DNA of 64,000 nt from Candidatus Bathyarchaeia archaeon (GCA_035529595.1 DATKWK010000023.1:206961-270960), one strand, 5' to 3'. Numbered from the stretch's first letter, positions 1 through 10,665 are shown. Program-made: numbers and translations. The notes: generated from the letters alone by a model not told the origin.

Positions 1-399
1 AAACGAGATCGGGGTTTTACTCTGGTCGAACTGTTAATCGTTTTGTCAATAATTGCGATTCTTTTTAGCATTGCTTTAGTGTCATTGAGGGGAACTCGAG
101 CAGTCGCCCGTGATACCCAAAGAAAAACCGAACTTGAAGAAATCCGAAGCGCTCTTGAGGTATATCGGGCTGATCATGGCAGTTATCCGACTACCCTGCA
201 AGGATTAAATGAACTGACCAGCTTGGGATATATGGAAACGATTACCGATCCCCTTTCCCCGACTTACGACTATCGTTATGAAAGTGACGGAATTACTTAT
301 AATCTTTGTGCTTACTTGGAAGCCGAGGACCCCAGTACGTCAAACTGTATCGCTGATTGCGGTGATAACTCATGCAATTACGGCGTCACTAATCCTTAG
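1..399 (+). CDS. Type IV pilin / GspG-like pseudopilin (5'-truncated by window edge)
   Basis: Frame 1 from base 1 reads [21 protein letters not shown], a class III signal with G|F-x3-E. RDxxRKxx[15 protein letters not shown] is a GspG-like core. Confidence 0.85.
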   Translation, partial: KRDRGFTLVELLIVLSIIAILFSIALVSLRGTRAVARDTQRKTELEEIRSALEVYRADHGSYPTTLQGLNELTSLGYMETITDPLSPTYDYRYESDGITYNLCAYLEAEDPSTSNCIADCGDNSCNYGVTNP

Positions 400-416
400 A
401 TGAATGTTTGCCTGGT

Positions 417-2399
417 ATGAATAACCGACGATTGAAGTTCAAATCCCCTAATGCGTTTTTTGGTTTTACCCTAATTGAGCTTCTGGTTACTATATCAATT
501 ACCGGTTTGATGCTAAGTATCGGTTTGGCTAATTATAATCGAATCAATCGAAATCAAATTTTCCAGCAGGCGACTGATGTTGTCTTAGAGGATCTTCGAT
601 TAGCCCAGGATAAGGCTATTTCAGGAGAAAAACCTGCCAGTTGCCTAAGTTCAGAAATAACCCTTGACGGTTATCGTTTTATTTTTGACTCTCCGGCGAC
701 TTACGCGATTCGGGCTGTTTGTAACGGAGTAAACCAGGATCCTCCGGTTAAGACAGCCAGCTTAAGAGGCGAAACAAGAAAAGAATCAGGACCAGACGAG
801 ATTTTTTTTAGAGTTTTATCTCTGGGGGTTGATTTGGGTGGGTTTGAATCCCGGATAGTTTCGCTTGGTGGATACGGCCAGAGCCTGCAAATTGTAGTCA
901 CGGATTCGGGTGAGATTTACCCGGCTTCGGTTCCCACCGAAACGCCGGTATCAGAGCTAACGGCAACTCCCGTACTGACGGAAACACCACTGCCAACCTC
1001 TACTCCTATTGCTACTCCAACGCCGGTGCCCACTCTCACACCGTCTCCTAGCCCTAGTCCGTCCCCTACTCCAGTTCCGACATCAACGCCGAACCCAACT
1101 CCGACGCCGACTCCTAATGTTGGCCAATTGTTATATACTACCCTGGATAATCTCAGTGCCGTGACTTCTCCGGAGGTCGGGACAGGCGGGAATATTAGTG
1201 GCGGAAGTTTCGTTTCCGGTAAAGTAGGCAATGGCTATCAAGCGGATGCGACCGGCGAATACGGCTATTTCCCGCTGACCGGTAACGTTAATGCCCAAAG
1301 AGGTACGATTGATTTTTGGTATAAAAGGACGTCTGCCCCTTCTAGTTTAGGACGATTCTTTGCCGACTCAAAAGTAAACGACCCCGCTGATGTATATTTC
1401 GGCTTATGGCGCGGCGGTTCGGATACGGTAATAAGATTTCTTACCGACGGCAGCGGTAACCGTATTGATTGGACCGGTGTGATTAATGTTTTTGACGGTA
1501 ACTGGCATCATCTCAGGTTGACCTATGATACGGTTAGCCACCTTTTTAATCTTTATATTGACGGGATTAGCCAAGGTGAAAAAACTTCCCCTATGGGTGC
1601 CATTGATACTAGTGTCAATCTGTGTCTTGGTAATAACAGTTTGGGTCAAAGATATGTCGGAGGGGTTTTGGATGAGTTCAATATTTATAGTGAGATCTCT
1701 ATTCCTTGGCCCGAACTGACACCAACTCCTACTCCGACTCCGATTGGGCAAAGTCTATTTGCTAACTCGCCATCGCTTCTTGATTTCGAGGAATGTACCC
1801 TGGTTGATTATGACACAACTGGTACCAGATATCATGGCTATAATCAAGCGTCTAATACTCAGGCAAAATCAGGCAGTTGCTCCCATCATTCCTGGACAAC
1901 TGACGGGACTGATGGAGATGAAGCTTATGGACAGAAAACGATTACTTGGCCTGCTGGTAACCACGCTTACTTAAGATTCTCCGTTTATATCGATGATACC
2001 GGCCCAAACAGTTTTTCCCAGGGTGCGATTTTGGGTGGACTATATAAGAGTAACGGTTCTCCTTGGACATTTGTTGCCGCTGTTCATCAACGATGCAGCG
2101 ATAATCTTTTGCGCCTCATGGCCTATGATGGAGGCGCCTATCGGGATACCGGTATTACTTTTGATGCCGCAAAAGATACCTGGTATGATATCGAGATTAT
2201 GTATGATCTTTCCGGTACCAATGCCCGAGCGGAGATGTGGATCAATAATATCTCGCGGGGAGCATGGGAAGGTAGTGGCAAACCTAATTCGCCTAATGTA
2301 ATTCGGGCCGGCGCCTTAAACTATAACTGGGCAGTGGACGTTTGGCAAAATCTTTATCTTGATGACATCAATTGCCGCGACCAAAAAATTGGTATATGA
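417..2399 (+). CDS. Minor pilin with N-methyl motif, Pro/Thr linker, LamG/ConA-like domain and a second beta-rich domain
   Basis: GFTLIELL prepilin motif; (PT/PS)n linker; TIDFWYK...[12 protein letters not shown]...LYIDG...GVLDEFNIY is LamG-like. ATG at 417 chosen over TTG at 408. Confidence 0.75.
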   Translation: MNNRRLKFKSPNAFFGFTLIELLVTISITGLMLSIGLANYNRINRNQIFQQATDVVLEDLRLAQDKAISGEKPASCLSSEITLDGYRFIFDSPATYAIRAVCNGVNQDPPVKTASLRGETRKESGPDEIFFRVLSLGVDLGGFESRIVSLGGYGQSLQIVVTDSGEIYPASVPTETPVSELTATPVLTETPLPTSTPIATPTPVPTLTPSPSPSPSPTPVPTSTPNPTPTPTPNVGQLLYTTLDNLSAVTSPEVGTGGNISGGSFVSGKVGNGYQADATGEYGYFPLTGNVNAQRGTIDFWYKRTSAPSSLGRFFADSKVNDPADVYFGLWRGGSDTVIRFLTDGSGNRIDWTGVINVFDGNWHHLRLTYDTVSHLFNLYIDGISQGEKTSPMGAIDTSVNLCLGNNSLGQRYVGGVLDEFNIYSEISIPWPELTPTPTPTPIGQSLFANSPSLLDFEECTLVDYDTTGTRYHGYNQASNTQAKSGSCSHHSWTTDGTDGDEAYGQKTITWPAGNHAYLRFSVYIDDTGPNSFSQGAILGGLYKSNGSPWTFVAAVHQRCSDNLLRLMAYDGGAYRDTGITFDAAKDTWYDIEIMYDLSGTNARAEMWINNISRGAWEGSGKPNSPNVIRAGALNYNWAVDVWQNLYLDDINCRDQKIGI

Positions 2400-2438
2400 A
2401 GTTGGCGAAAAATCTATCACTTAATATTATTTGAAGTC

Positions 2439-2879
2439 ATGCATCAGAAAGGCCAAACATTATTTGAAATCGTTACGGTAATTGCCGTAATCGCTCTGGT
2501 GATTACTGTTCTAGTTAAAGGATTAACTCTTTCTTTGAAAAACTCTCGATTCGTCAGAGAAAAAAGTATGGCCAGGAATTACAGCAATCAGGTAATGGAA
2601 TGGCTGATTCTTCAGAGAGACCATAGTTGGAATACTTTTACTGGCCACCTCGGCATTTACTGTCTAAATGATTTATCATGGGATGATTTAACCTGGCCAG
2701 ACCTTGGTGCTTGCCAAGATGATGAGTTTATTAGTGGTACCAATTATCAGAGAGAGGCAACTTTGACTGCTGTTGGCGAAAGCAACCAAGAAGTCGAAGT
2801 GAGAGTTGAAGTAATCTGGCAGTCACCAAGGGGGCAAGAAAGTTATCCGCTGGTCCAAAATTTGACTGATTGGCGATAA
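2439..2879 (+). CDS. PilV-like minor pilin
   Basis: KGQTLFEIV prepilin-type N-terminus; VEVRVEVIW C-terminal strand; position in the cluster. Confidence 0.75.
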   Translation: MHQKGQTLFEIVTVIAVIALVITVLVKGLTLSLKNSRFVREKSMARNYSNQVMEWLILQRDHSWNTFTGHLGIYCLNDLSWDDLTWPDLGACQDDEFISGTNYQREATLTAVGESNQEVEVRVEVIWQSPRGQESYPLVQNLTDWR

Positions 2880-2894
2880 AAAAAGAATTCTTTT

Positions 2895-3428
2895 ATGAAA
2901 AAAAATAATTGTTTCGGTTTTACGCTAATTGAAACTTTGGTTACTTTAACTACTTTAGGCATGATGCTGATAATGGTTATTTCAACATTTATGACGGTTT
3001 TAACTAAGTCGGTAAAGGTAAGGGTGGTAGAAGCTGTCGATAATGATGGTAAGTACGCTCTTAGAGTGATGGAACAAATAATCAGGAATTCGTTACGGAT
3101 TATCTCGAATAGCGAAGGGGAAACATGCCAATCAGGCATGAACTATCTTCGGGTCCAGGACAGTCATGGTAATTGGGCTGAATTTGCTTGTCTAAACGAG
3201 GGATTAGCAGACGGTTTTATCGCTTCTTCATCAGCCAGCAGCGACAAAAGATTGACGTCTCCGAAAGTAAAACTGGATAACTGTTATTTTAACTGTATTT
3301 CCGGTGACCTCAGCCAGCCGGATCGGGTAGAAATTTACTTTACCCTGAGTCAAATTGAATCAACATCCCGAGTCGAAGAACGGTCGTCAAACGAATTTCA
3401 TACCTCGGTAATTTTAAGAAATTTTTAA
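2895..3428 (+). CDS. PilW/PulJ-like minor pilin
   Basis: GFTLIETL motif; C-terminal FHTSVILRN. Confidence 0.75.
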   Translation: MKKNNCFGFTLIETLVTLTTLGMMLIMVISTFMTVLTKSVKVRVVEAVDNDGKYALRVMEQIIRNSLRIISNSEGETCQSGMNYLRVQDSHGNWAEFACLNEGLADGFIASSSASSDKRLTSPKVKLDNCYFNCISGDLSQPDRVEIYFTLSQIESTSRVEERSSNEFHTSVILRNF

Positions 3429-3482
3429 AGAGGTTTTTCTCAGTTGACTTTATTCTTTCTTTGTATCTAAAATGGCAACAGA

Positions 3483-4358
3483 ATGAAAAAAACTTGCCCT
3501 CAAGGCATATCGACCGTCTTGATTTTGGGAATAATCGCTGTCTTGGTAACGATCGTTGTTCCCTTAGTGTCACGATCTGTAGTTGATATCCGCATTACTC
3601 AGCAGCAGGAGGAGCAATCGCGCGCCTTTTCCGCCGCCGAAACCGGATTGGACAAGGCGTTGATTGGTGAACCTCTCGAAGGTGAAGTTGGTGAAGATAT
3701 TAGTTACCAGGTAACCGCTACCGGTAAGGGAGGCAGCGACCTTTTTATCTACCCGAAAGTGCTTGAAAAGGATTTTCCGATTACGGTTTGGTTGATGGAA
3801 CATGAAGGCACGGAATTTGATGCCGGATTACCTCTAGATTTTACGGGCGATCATTATCAAGGAGGAACTTTAGGTCTTTTTTGGGGAGCGGTTGGGACAG
3901 TTGATAATTCTGATCAAACTCCGGCAATTGAGACTGTCTTATTCTATCAAGATAATCTTGGTAATTATAAGACGGAAAGATACTTGTTTGACCCGTTTGT
4001 AACCAGAAGAGCGATCAATAACTTTCAGGCCCCGGATACTGGTGGTCCGTACCTGGTCGGATCTCAACAGCTCCAATTTACGAAGTCAAACATCTCCTTA
4101 CCCTGCGATGACGGACCTAATGTTTATTGTTACGCATTAAGATTGAGGCTTTTATACAGCGATAATCCTCATCCTGTAGCTTTGGAAGGAAACAGCGAAA
4201 TCATCCCCCGCCAAGGACAATGCTATGAATCCGTGGCTACCGTCCAAACGTCAGGAATAACGAGTCGGGTTCAAAGGTGTTTATTTTATAAAGATTTCCC
4301 GGCGGTCTTTGACTTTGTCTTATTTTCCAATTATAGTTTAGAGAAGGAATCTCTTTAA
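3483..4358 (+). CDS. PilX-like minor pilin
   Basis: QG followed by a hydrophobic helix lacking E5; SRAFSAAETGL PilX-N motif. Confidence 0.7.
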   Translation: MKKTCPQGISTVLILGIIAVLVTIVVPLVSRSVVDIRITQQQEEQSRAFSAAETGLDKALIGEPLEGEVGEDISYQVTATGKGGSDLFIYPKVLEKDFPITVWLMEHEGTEFDAGLPLDFTGDHYQGGTLGLFWGAVGTVDNSDQTPAIETVLFYQDNLGNYKTERYLFDPFVTRRAINNFQAPDTGGPYLVGSQQLQFTKSNISLPCDDGPNVYCYALRLRLLYSDNPHPVALEGNSEIIPRQGQCYESVATVQTSGITSRVQRCLFYKDFPAVFDFVLFSNYSLEKESL

Positions 4359-4378
4359 GTAATTAGAAAGTTTTAATA

Positions 4379-5401
4379 ATGGAATTTATCGGACTTGATA
4401 TCGGCTCTCAGAATATAAAACTTGTCCAACTTAAAAGGATCGGCGAACAATACAGTATTGTCGCCTTGGGTCTTTCTCCTTCTCCTAAAAATATGGAGTC
4501 AGAAGCCGAAGCTGATTTATTAGCACAGGCTGAGGCAATAAAAAAACTGGTCAACGTTACTAAAGTATCAACGCCTTACGTCGTTTCGGCTTTACCGGAG
4601 GATAAAGTTTTCACCCAGATCGTCGAGTTTCCACCAATGGAGGAGAAGGAGATGGAGTCGGCAATCAAATGGGAGGCAGAACAATATATTCCGATTCCTC
4701 TTTCGGAGGCAGTCATTGACTATCAAATAATTAGATCGCCGCAAAAAATTGTTATCGGCGGGAAAACGGAGGTTTTTCTAGTAGCGGCACCGAAAAGTAT
4801 GATTGAAAAATACAGTAAAGTATTACAAATGGCCGAACTGAAAACAATTGCCTTGGAAACGGAGATGGTCGCTCTTTCAAGAAGCTTAGTTTTACCTGGG
4901 TCAGGGCCGACGATGATTGTCGATTTAGGAGCCCGAGCTACCGATATTTCTCTTGTTGAAAACAATCAAATCGTCTTAACCCGTTCATTACCCAGTGCTG
5001 GCGAGGCGATCACTCGTTCTTTAGTTGCTGCTTTGGGTTTAAAACAGACGCAAGCCGAAGAATATAAGAAGGCTTATGGAGTTGATGAAAGTAAACTCGA
5101 GGGTAAAATTAGAGAAGCAGTTGGGCCGGTTCTTGACATTGTTATCAGAGAAATAAATAAAGTAATTTCCTTTTATCAAAATAAAAATAAGTCTGCTAAG
5201 GTAGAGAGAGTCGTTCTCGCCGGAGGTACGGCTGATTTACCGCAGATAGTGTCTCTTTTTGCTGAGAAGTTAGGCATTGAGGTCGAAATCGGGGCTCCTT
5301 TTGAAAGAGTCCAGCGGGGTGAAGAAATTCTGGCTAAATTAGAAAAGGGAACCGCACCTTTATATTCAGTTGCCTTCGGACTAGCAATGAAAACTCTATG
5401 A
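4379..5401 (+). CDS. pilM: Type IV pilus assembly protein PilM
   Basis: IGLDIGSQNIKLVQL, WEAEQYIPIPL, VDLGARAT, LAGGTA, AFGLAMK: actin-like PilM motifs. Confidence 0.92.
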   Translation: MEFIGLDIGSQNIKLVQLKRIGEQYSIVALGLSPSPKNMESEAEADLLAQAEAIKKLVNVTKVSTPYVVSALPEDKVFTQIVEFPPMEEKEMESAIKWEAEQYIPIPLSEAVIDYQIIRSPQKIVIGGKTEVFLVAAPKSMIEKYSKVLQMAELKTIALETEMVALSRSLVLPGSGPTMIVDLGARATDISLVENNQIVLTRSLPSAGEAITRSLVAALGLKQTQAEEYKKAYGVDESKLEGKIREAVGPVLDIVIREINKVISFYQNKNKSAKVERVVLAGGTADLPQIVSLFAEKLGIEVEIGAPFERVQRGEEILAKLEKGTAPLYSVAFGLAMKTL

Positions 5402-5940
5402 AAAGAGATATTAATTTATTTATCGCTGCCAAACAACCAGAAAACCAGGTTGGGCTCAATCCCCTTCTGCGGAAGGGACTAGTTTTTCTGATGGTGTTTT
5501 ATATTTTGTTTTTAACCGGGGTATTTTCTCTTTCTTTCTTCTTTTCCCGAAAGGAAGAAATACTTTCGGCAGAGATTGAGAAAAAGGAAAGACAAATTGA
5601 AAAACAAGCCAGGATTGAAACGTTGCAGCTGACTGTTAAAAGCAGACTTTCAGTGATAAAAGATATTTTTGATAGAGAGAAAGGTAAGATTAGTGTTTCC
5701 CAGTCTCTGGAAAGAATTAAAAATTTGACCGGAGACAAGATTATTATCACCGGCATCGAACTGTCGGATTTTGGATCTCAGGCTAATCTGAGAGCGTCTG
5801 TTTCACAGGTTGGCGATCTGATTGATTTTTTCCAGGGTTTAAAAACTGCAAAAGAGGGTCTTGAGAATTTTTCACTCACCCAACTTAACAAAGATGAAAA
5901 AGGCTATAATTTCGTTTTAGTTTTCAAATTTAAGGGATAA
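5398..5940 (+). CDS. PilN-like pilus assembly protein
   Basis: N-terminal INL motif, single TM helix, directly after pilM. Confidence 0.7.
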   Translation: MKRDINLFIAAKQPENQVGLNPLLRKGLVFLMVFYILFLTGVFSLSFFFSRKEEILSAEIEKKERQIEKQARIETLQLTVKSRLSVIKDIFDREKGKISVSQSLERIKNLTGDKIIITGIELSDFGSQANLRASVSQVGDLIDFFQGLKTAKEGLENFSLTQLNKDEKGYNFVLVFKFKG

Positions 5941-5954
5941 AGGGAATTAAAACT

Positions 5955-6674
5955 ATGCGTGAGAAAAATAACTCATCTAGGTTGCGACCTTATTTTGTTC
6001 CGTTTTTGGCCTTAGTCTTTATTTTGTTCTCTTTTTTTACGCTAATTTCTCCGAGGATTAGTCGAATCGTTAGCTTTTCCCGGGTAATCAAAGAGAATCA
6101 AGTAAAACTGGCAAAGTTGTCAGAAAAGTTGGCCCTTCTTAATAGCTTAAATGAGCCGGAGTTGGCAGATCGAATTGCTTTAATTTTTGATGCTTTACCT
6201 CAGGAGAAGCAACCAGTTTATGTTATGAGTCTTCTTAAGCAGATAGCTCATGAATCTGGAGTGGAAATTGTCGATTTAAGCGTTAAACCAGGAGAAATAG
6301 CAACAATGTCGACTGATAAACAAAAACAAAAAAATCAGACCCCATCACTTACTTACCCAATAAAGATTTCTGGTAGCTATATGCAAATTGAACAATTTGC
6401 CAAGAAGATGGAAACGAGTCTACCGCTGATGAGAGTAGAAGAAATGAGTTTCGGGAGGACAGGACAGTCAGATTTATGGGGCGCTTCAAGTAAAATAGCT
6501 GCCTTTTATCTTTTTTTACCGGTGACAATCGGAAAGATTGATGCTTCTGTTCAGGTGATCAGCGAAGAGGAAGCGAAAGTCTATGATCTTTTGAGACAGT
6601 TTACTCCTGCTTATTCTTCGGCTGATATGTTACAGCCGTCCGTCGAGTCGGGAAGAAGCAATCCCTTTATTTAG
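5955..6674 (+). CDS. PilO-like pilus assembly protein
   Basis: TM helix plus coiled coil, ALP...GSY..I..F..KME...PLM pattern, C-terminal GRSNPF. Confidence 0.7.
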   Translation: MREKNNSSRLRPYFVPFLALVFILFSFFTLISPRISRIVSFSRVIKENQVKLAKLSEKLALLNSLNEPELADRIALIFDALPQEKQPVYVMSLLKQIAHESGVEIVDLSVKPGEIATMSTDKQKQKNQTPSLTYPIKISGSYMQIEQFAKKMETSLPLMRVEEMSFGRTGQSDLWGASSKIAAFYLFLPVTIGKIDASVQVISEEEAKVYDLLRQFTPAYSSADMLQPSVESGRSNPFI

Positions 6675-6936
6675 CCTCTTTCGCCTCAGTCTGATAGCCT
6701 AATTGATCTGATTTAAGATAAAGGCGGGTTCTTCTCTTTTTCAGGTAACCTTTAAGATTTACCAATGTTCTTATCGCTTTGATTGTTTTTCCTTTCCGTC
6801 CGATGATTTGACCTACGTCTTCCGGGTGGGTCTCCAGGTATAGATCGGTCATTAGTCCTGCCTCTTTTTCCTCAATCGTAACCTTATCCGGATGTTTAAC
6901 GATATTTTTAGTTAGATATTGGAGTAGTTTTTTCAC
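6667..6936 (-). CDS. khpA: KH-domain RNA-binding protein (KhpA/YlqC)
   Basis: DVGQIIGRKGKTIKAIRTL KH motif; follows rpsP. Confidence 0.85.
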   Translation of the reverse strand: MKKLLQYLTKNIVKHPDKVTIEEKEAGLMTDLYLETHPEDVGQIIGRKGKTIKAIRTLVNLKGYLKKRRTRLYLKSDQLGYQTEAKEAK

Positions 6937-6963
6937 TATTTGTGAAAGAAAAAGAATTGCTAA

Positions 6964-7203
6964 CTAAAGTTTGGTAATTATTTTTGCTAGGTTAGCTACG
7001 GTTCTTGTGCTTTGTGCGCCTTTTCCCCGCCAATAACGATAGCGCTCTTGGTCGATCTTGATCGTCGGTGGATTTTGACCAGGGTCATAGAAACCGATTA
7101 CTTCAACGTTTTTTCCGTTTCTTTTACTTCTTGCTTCAGTTACCACAATGCGGTAGCTTGCTTGGTCTTTTTTTCCGAAACGTGCAAGTCTTATTTTTAA
7201 CAT
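6964..7203 (-). CDS. rpsP: 30S ribosomal protein S16
   Basis: MLKIRLARFGKK...YRIVV...R.G...E.IGFYDP. Confidence 0.97.
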   Translation of the reverse strand: MLKIRLARFGKKDQASYRIVVTEARSKRNGKNVEVIGFYDPGQNPPTIKIDQERYRYWRGKGAQSTRTVANLAKIITKL

Positions 7204-7214
7204 AATTGCCTATT

Positions 7215-7910
7215 TTAAATTTTCTCTTCTATTTTTGCAAGAGCCCTTTCAGCTGCTTTTTCCTCGGCTTCCTGTTTACTTTTGCCTTTTCCTTTGGCCC
7301 ATAATTTTTTTCCTACCAGTAGTCCGACTGTAAAAGTCTTGTCGTGGTCAGGTCCGGCTTCGTCAACGACACGATACTGAGGAGTAACTTTTTCTCTTGC
7401 TTGGGTAATTTCCTGAAATAAACTTTTACTATCTTTAAATTTCTGTTGCTTGATTATTTCATCAAGTTTAGGACAAATCATTTTAAGAACGAATTTCCTT
7501 ACTGCTCGAAGCCCTTGATCCAGGTAAACGGCACCGATAAGAGCTTCAAAGCAGTTTGCTAAAAGAGTAGGATTTTTCCGACCCCCTAATTCTTCTTCTC
7601 CTTTGCTCAGTAAAAGAAAGTGTCCTAGTCTTAGTTCGAAGGCAATTTGCGAAAGAGTTGAAGTTCTTACCAGATAAGATCTGATATTAGTCAGGGTTCC
7701 TTCCGGATAGTCGGGTAACTTTTGGTAAAGCAGGAAGGAGGTAATGAATTCCAATACCGCGTCACCGAGAAACTCAAGTCTCTCGTTTGAGCCTAGCCGA
7801 AATTGCGGATGTTCATTTAAGTAAGACCGGTGAACCAAGAATTGACACAAAAGATCTTCGCTTTTAAATTTTATACCGATTCTTTTTTCCAATTTGTTAC
7901 TTTTGGTCAT
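7215..7910 (-). CDS. rnc: Ribonuclease III
   Basis: NERLEFLGDAVL signature and C-terminal dsRBD. Confidence 0.97.
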   Translation of the reverse strand: MTKSNKLEKRIGIKFKSEDLLCQFLVHRSYLNEHPQFRLGSNERLEFLGDAVLEFITSFLLYQKLPDYPEGTLTNIRSYLVRTSTLSQIAFELRLGHFLLLSKGEEELGGRKNPTLLANCFEALIGAVYLDQGLRAVRKFVLKMICPKLDEIIKQQKFKDSKSLFQEITQAREKVTPQYRVVDEAGPDHDKTFTVGLLVGKKLWAKGKGKSKQEAEEKAAERALAKIEEKI

Positions 7911-8277
7911 GGTTTTCTTTATTCATCTGATTAAGTATTGTGCCTAAGACTCCGTTTACAAATCCGGCAGTACTCTGGCTGCCGTATTTTTTCCCCAGTT
8001 CGACCGCTTCGTCGATAATGACTTTTGCTGGTTCCTTGCGAGCGACAAGCAATTCGTATATTGCAAGTCTGAGAATAGCTAAATCCACCTTATTGATTTG
8101 TCCAATTGGCCATTCGGAAGCTATTTTTGACGTAATTTCGTCGATTTTTTTAGCTGATCCTAGAACCTGATTAGCGATCTTATTTTTAGTTTTTGCTTCT
8201 TGGTGGAAACTTGAAGCAAACAAAGCTTTTATCGCTTTTTCTCTTCTGATATGTCTCGGATCTAGAGACGTTTTCAT
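7897..8277 (-). CDS. nusB: Transcription antitermination factor NusB
   Basis: VDLAILRLAIYEL...VIIDEAVELGKKYG...FVNGVLG. Confidence 0.95.
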   Translation of the reverse strand: MKTSLDPRHIRREKAIKALFASSFHQEAKTKNKIANQVLGSAKKIDEITSKIASEWPIGQINKVDLAILRLAIYELLVARKEPAKVIIDEAVELGKKYGSQSTAGFVNGVLGTILNQMNKENHDQK

Positions 8278-8299
8278 TATTAGTCACAAAATGTCAAGC

Positions 8300-8467
8300 T
8301 TAATTTTTAGCCTGCTTATATGAACCGCAACTTGGACAGACATGATGCGGTCTTTTTAACTTTTGGCAATCAGGACATGGAGTTAGTGCAGGAACAGCTA
8401 ATTTTATTGACGATCTCCGTTTGCCTTTTCTTGCCGTTGAATTTTTCCTTTTTGGTAGCGGTGCCAT
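8300..8467 (-). CDS. rpmF: 50S ribosomal protein L32 (55 aa, absent from ORF track)
   Basis: Manual translation MAPLPKRKNSTARKGKRRS...CPDCQKLKRPHHVCPSCGSYK, a Zn-ribbon L32. Confidence 0.95.
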   Translation of the reverse strand: MAPLPKRKNSTARKGKRRSSIKLAVPALTPCPDCQKLKRPHHVCPSCGSYKQAKN

Positions 8468-8483
8468 ATTCCCCTTTGATACA

Positions 8484-10511
8484 TTAATTAGGTTCTATCT
8501 GCTTAATTGTATATTCTTTGAGTTTTTCTTGCAAGAGGGGGTGGTGAGAAAGCTCAGTAATTGTTTTTTTGGCCTCTTCCCGGGTAACCTCGACCAGTTT
8601 CAGATCGGAAAAAGAAGCCAGTTTTAATTTAACAAATCCATGCTGTTTGGCACCATACAGCTCGCCCGGCCCTCGCATTTTAAAATCGATTTCGGCAAGT
8701 TCGGGACCGTTAAAGATTTTTTCCATCGACTTGAGACGAAATAAAGGCTTGTTATCCGATTTTTCGCTGAAGAGGAGACAATAAGATTGTTTCCTGCCCC
8801 GTCCTACTCTTCCTCGCAATTGGTGTAACTGAGCCAAACCGAACCTGTCTGCGGCTTCAATCAGCATAATTGTAGCGTTAGGGATGTCAATTCCGACTTC
8901 AACTACCGGTGTAGAAACAAGAATATTTATTTTGCCCGTTCTAAAAGAGGTTAAGACTTTATCTTTTTCCTTTGCTTTCATTCGTCCGTGAAGCAGGCCA
9001 AGTTTTAAGTCGGGGAAAATTCCGGTCTGCAGATTCTTAAATTCGCTTGACACCGCTTTAACCGAAGAAAGGGTTTCCGCTTGTGACTCCTCAATTAAGG
9101 GACAGATAATAAAAGCTTGGTCGCCTTCTTTAATTTTCTGTCTAATCCAGCTGTAAGCGGCGGTTCTTTTTTGATTTGAAACTACCCAGGTTTTAATTCT
9201 TATCCTGCCCGGTGGCAACTGGTCGATAATTGAAAGATCGAGGTCCCCGTAAAGAGTTAGGGCAATAGTTCTCGGAATTGGGGTTGCGGTCATGGTCAAC
9301 AGATGAGCCGTTAAATTATTAGCTGATTTCCGGATCAGAATTGATCTTTGTTCCACCCCGAAACGATGCTGTTCGTCAATGATTGCCAGGCCTAGCTTTT
9401 TAAACTCAGCGCGCTTGTGAATGAGAGCATGAGTACCGATAATTAAATCAAAATCAGTCTCTTTTTTTCCAGTTGAACCCGTCAAAAGAAAAGTCTTTAC
9501 ACCAAGGGGATCAAGCAGCGTTTTTAGGGTTTTATAATGCTGGTTAGCTAAAATCTCCGTTGGGGCCATGAAAGCTGCTTGGCAGCGATTGAGAATTGCG
9601 GTATAGATAGCAATTGCGGCTACTGCCGTCTTGCCGCTACCGACATCTCCTTCAAGGAGTCGGTTCATTGGTTTTTTCTTTTCCAAGTCAGCCAAGATCT
9701 CTTTGGCGACCTTCCTTTGAGCAGCCGTTAATTCAAAAGGCAGCAATTTGATAAATTTAGAAATTTTTTCCTGGTCAACCCGGAATTGATAAGCTAATTT
9801 CTTTCTGAGCCAAGCCTGTTTTCTTTTTTGTGTATTTAGATGCATCAAATACAATTCTTCGAAAGCAAGTCTTTCTCTGGCCCTAGTTGCTTCTTTTAAT
9901 GTTGCCGGAAAATGGATTTCCGTCAAAGCCTCTTTTAAAGCCATCAAGCGGTATTTCTCAATCAAGTTCGAAGGCAGATACTCAGCGAGTTCCGGTACGA
10001 CCTTATAGATCAAAGGGAAAATTCTTGACCTGAGCCATTTTGAGCTGATGCCGTAAGTTTCCGGATAAACTGGCACTATGCGGCCGCTATGGATGGGAGC
10101 TGAGTTTTTGATTGCTTCGTAATCGGGAGAAACAAGAACTAATTTTGAACCGAACCAACCAACTTTTCCTGATAAACTAACTGCCGTTCCGGGCTGGAGG
10201 CTTTTGATTAAAAAAGGTTGGTTGAACCAGGTAATTTCAATCTGCCCAGAATCATCCGTAACAATCCCCTTCTGAATTCTTTTGCCATATTTAGTGTATT
10301 CTTCTTTAAGAGCAATAATTTTACCTTGAATCGTGGACTTTTCGCCAGCCTGAAGCTTGGCAATAGGAGAAATAAGAGTAAAGTCTTCATAGCGGTGAGG
10401 AAAATGGTAGAGAAGATCTTCTACTGTCTTAATGTTTAAGTTTCGTAAACGGCGGGCATAAGTCGGACCAACCATGAAAAGTTTTGAGATAGGGGTTTTC
10501 AAATTCAACAT
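8484..10511 (-). CDS. recG: ATP-dependent DNA helicase RecG
   Basis: MNRLLEGDVGSGKT, DEQHRFGVEQR, TATPIPRT, QLHQLRGRVGRG, wedge domain. Confidence 0.97.
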   Translation of the reverse strand: MLNLKTPISKLFMVGPTYARRLRNLNIKTVEDLLYHFPHRYEDFTLISPIAKLQAGEKSTIQGKIIALKEEYTKYGKRIQKGIVTDDSGQIEITWFNQPFLIKSLQPGTAVSLSGKVGWFGSKLVLVSPDYEAIKNSAPIHSGRIVPVYPETYGISSKWLRSRIFPLIYKVVPELAEYLPSNLIEKYRLMALKEALTEIHFPATLKEATRARERLAFEELYLMHLNTQKRKQAWLRKKLAYQFRVDQEKISKFIKLLPFELTAAQRKVAKEILADLEKKKPMNRLLEGDVGSGKTAVAAIAIYTAILNRCQAAFMAPTEILANQHYKTLKTLLDPLGVKTFLLTGSTGKKETDFDLIIGTHALIHKRAEFKKLGLAIIDEQHRFGVEQRSILIRKSANNLTAHLLTMTATPIPRTIALTLYGDLDLSIIDQLPPGRIRIKTWVVSNQKRTAAYSWIRQKIKEGDQAFIICPLIEESQAETLSSVKAVSSEFKNLQTGIFPDLKLGLLHGRMKAKEKDKVLTSFRTGKINILVSTPVVEVGIDIPNATIMLIEAADRFGLAQLHQLRGRVGRGRKQSYCLLFSEKSDNKPLFRLKSMEKIFNGPELAEIDFKMRGPGELYGAKQHGFVKLKLASFSDLKLVEVTREEAKKTITELSHHPLLQEKLKEYTIKQIEPN

Positions 10512-10541
10512 AAAGATCCAACTTTGTTTTTATATTATATC

Positions 10542-10652
10542 TTATCTGAGGATCGAATAGAGGGCGGGAAGGAGAGAAGTGAGCAATAAAGCCGTACCGG
10601 CGATAACGCTAATAAAAACCCATAATTTTTGTTTCTTTTTGGAAATCATCAT
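10542..10652 (-). CDS. Small single-TM membrane peptide (36 aa, absent from ORF track)
   Basis: MMISKKKQKLWVFISVIAGTALLLTSLLPALYSILR fills the tyrS-recG gap, co-directional with both. Confidence 0.55.
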   Translation of the reverse strand: MMISKKKQKLWVFISVIAGTALLLTSLLPALYSILR

Positions 10653-10665
10653 GTTTCAAAAAAAC

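Noticed and set aside
930-1115. Repetitive DNA resembling an array (also 16990-17100)
   Set aside because: It encodes Pro/Thr/Ser linkers inside CDSs. There are no identical repeats with unique spacers and no cas genes, so no CRISPR array is called in this window.
8421-8627. Plus-strand ORF and similar short antisense ORFs throughout the track
   Set aside because: Shadow frames opposite well-supported genes (rpmF, recG, pheT, thrS and others), with no motifs.
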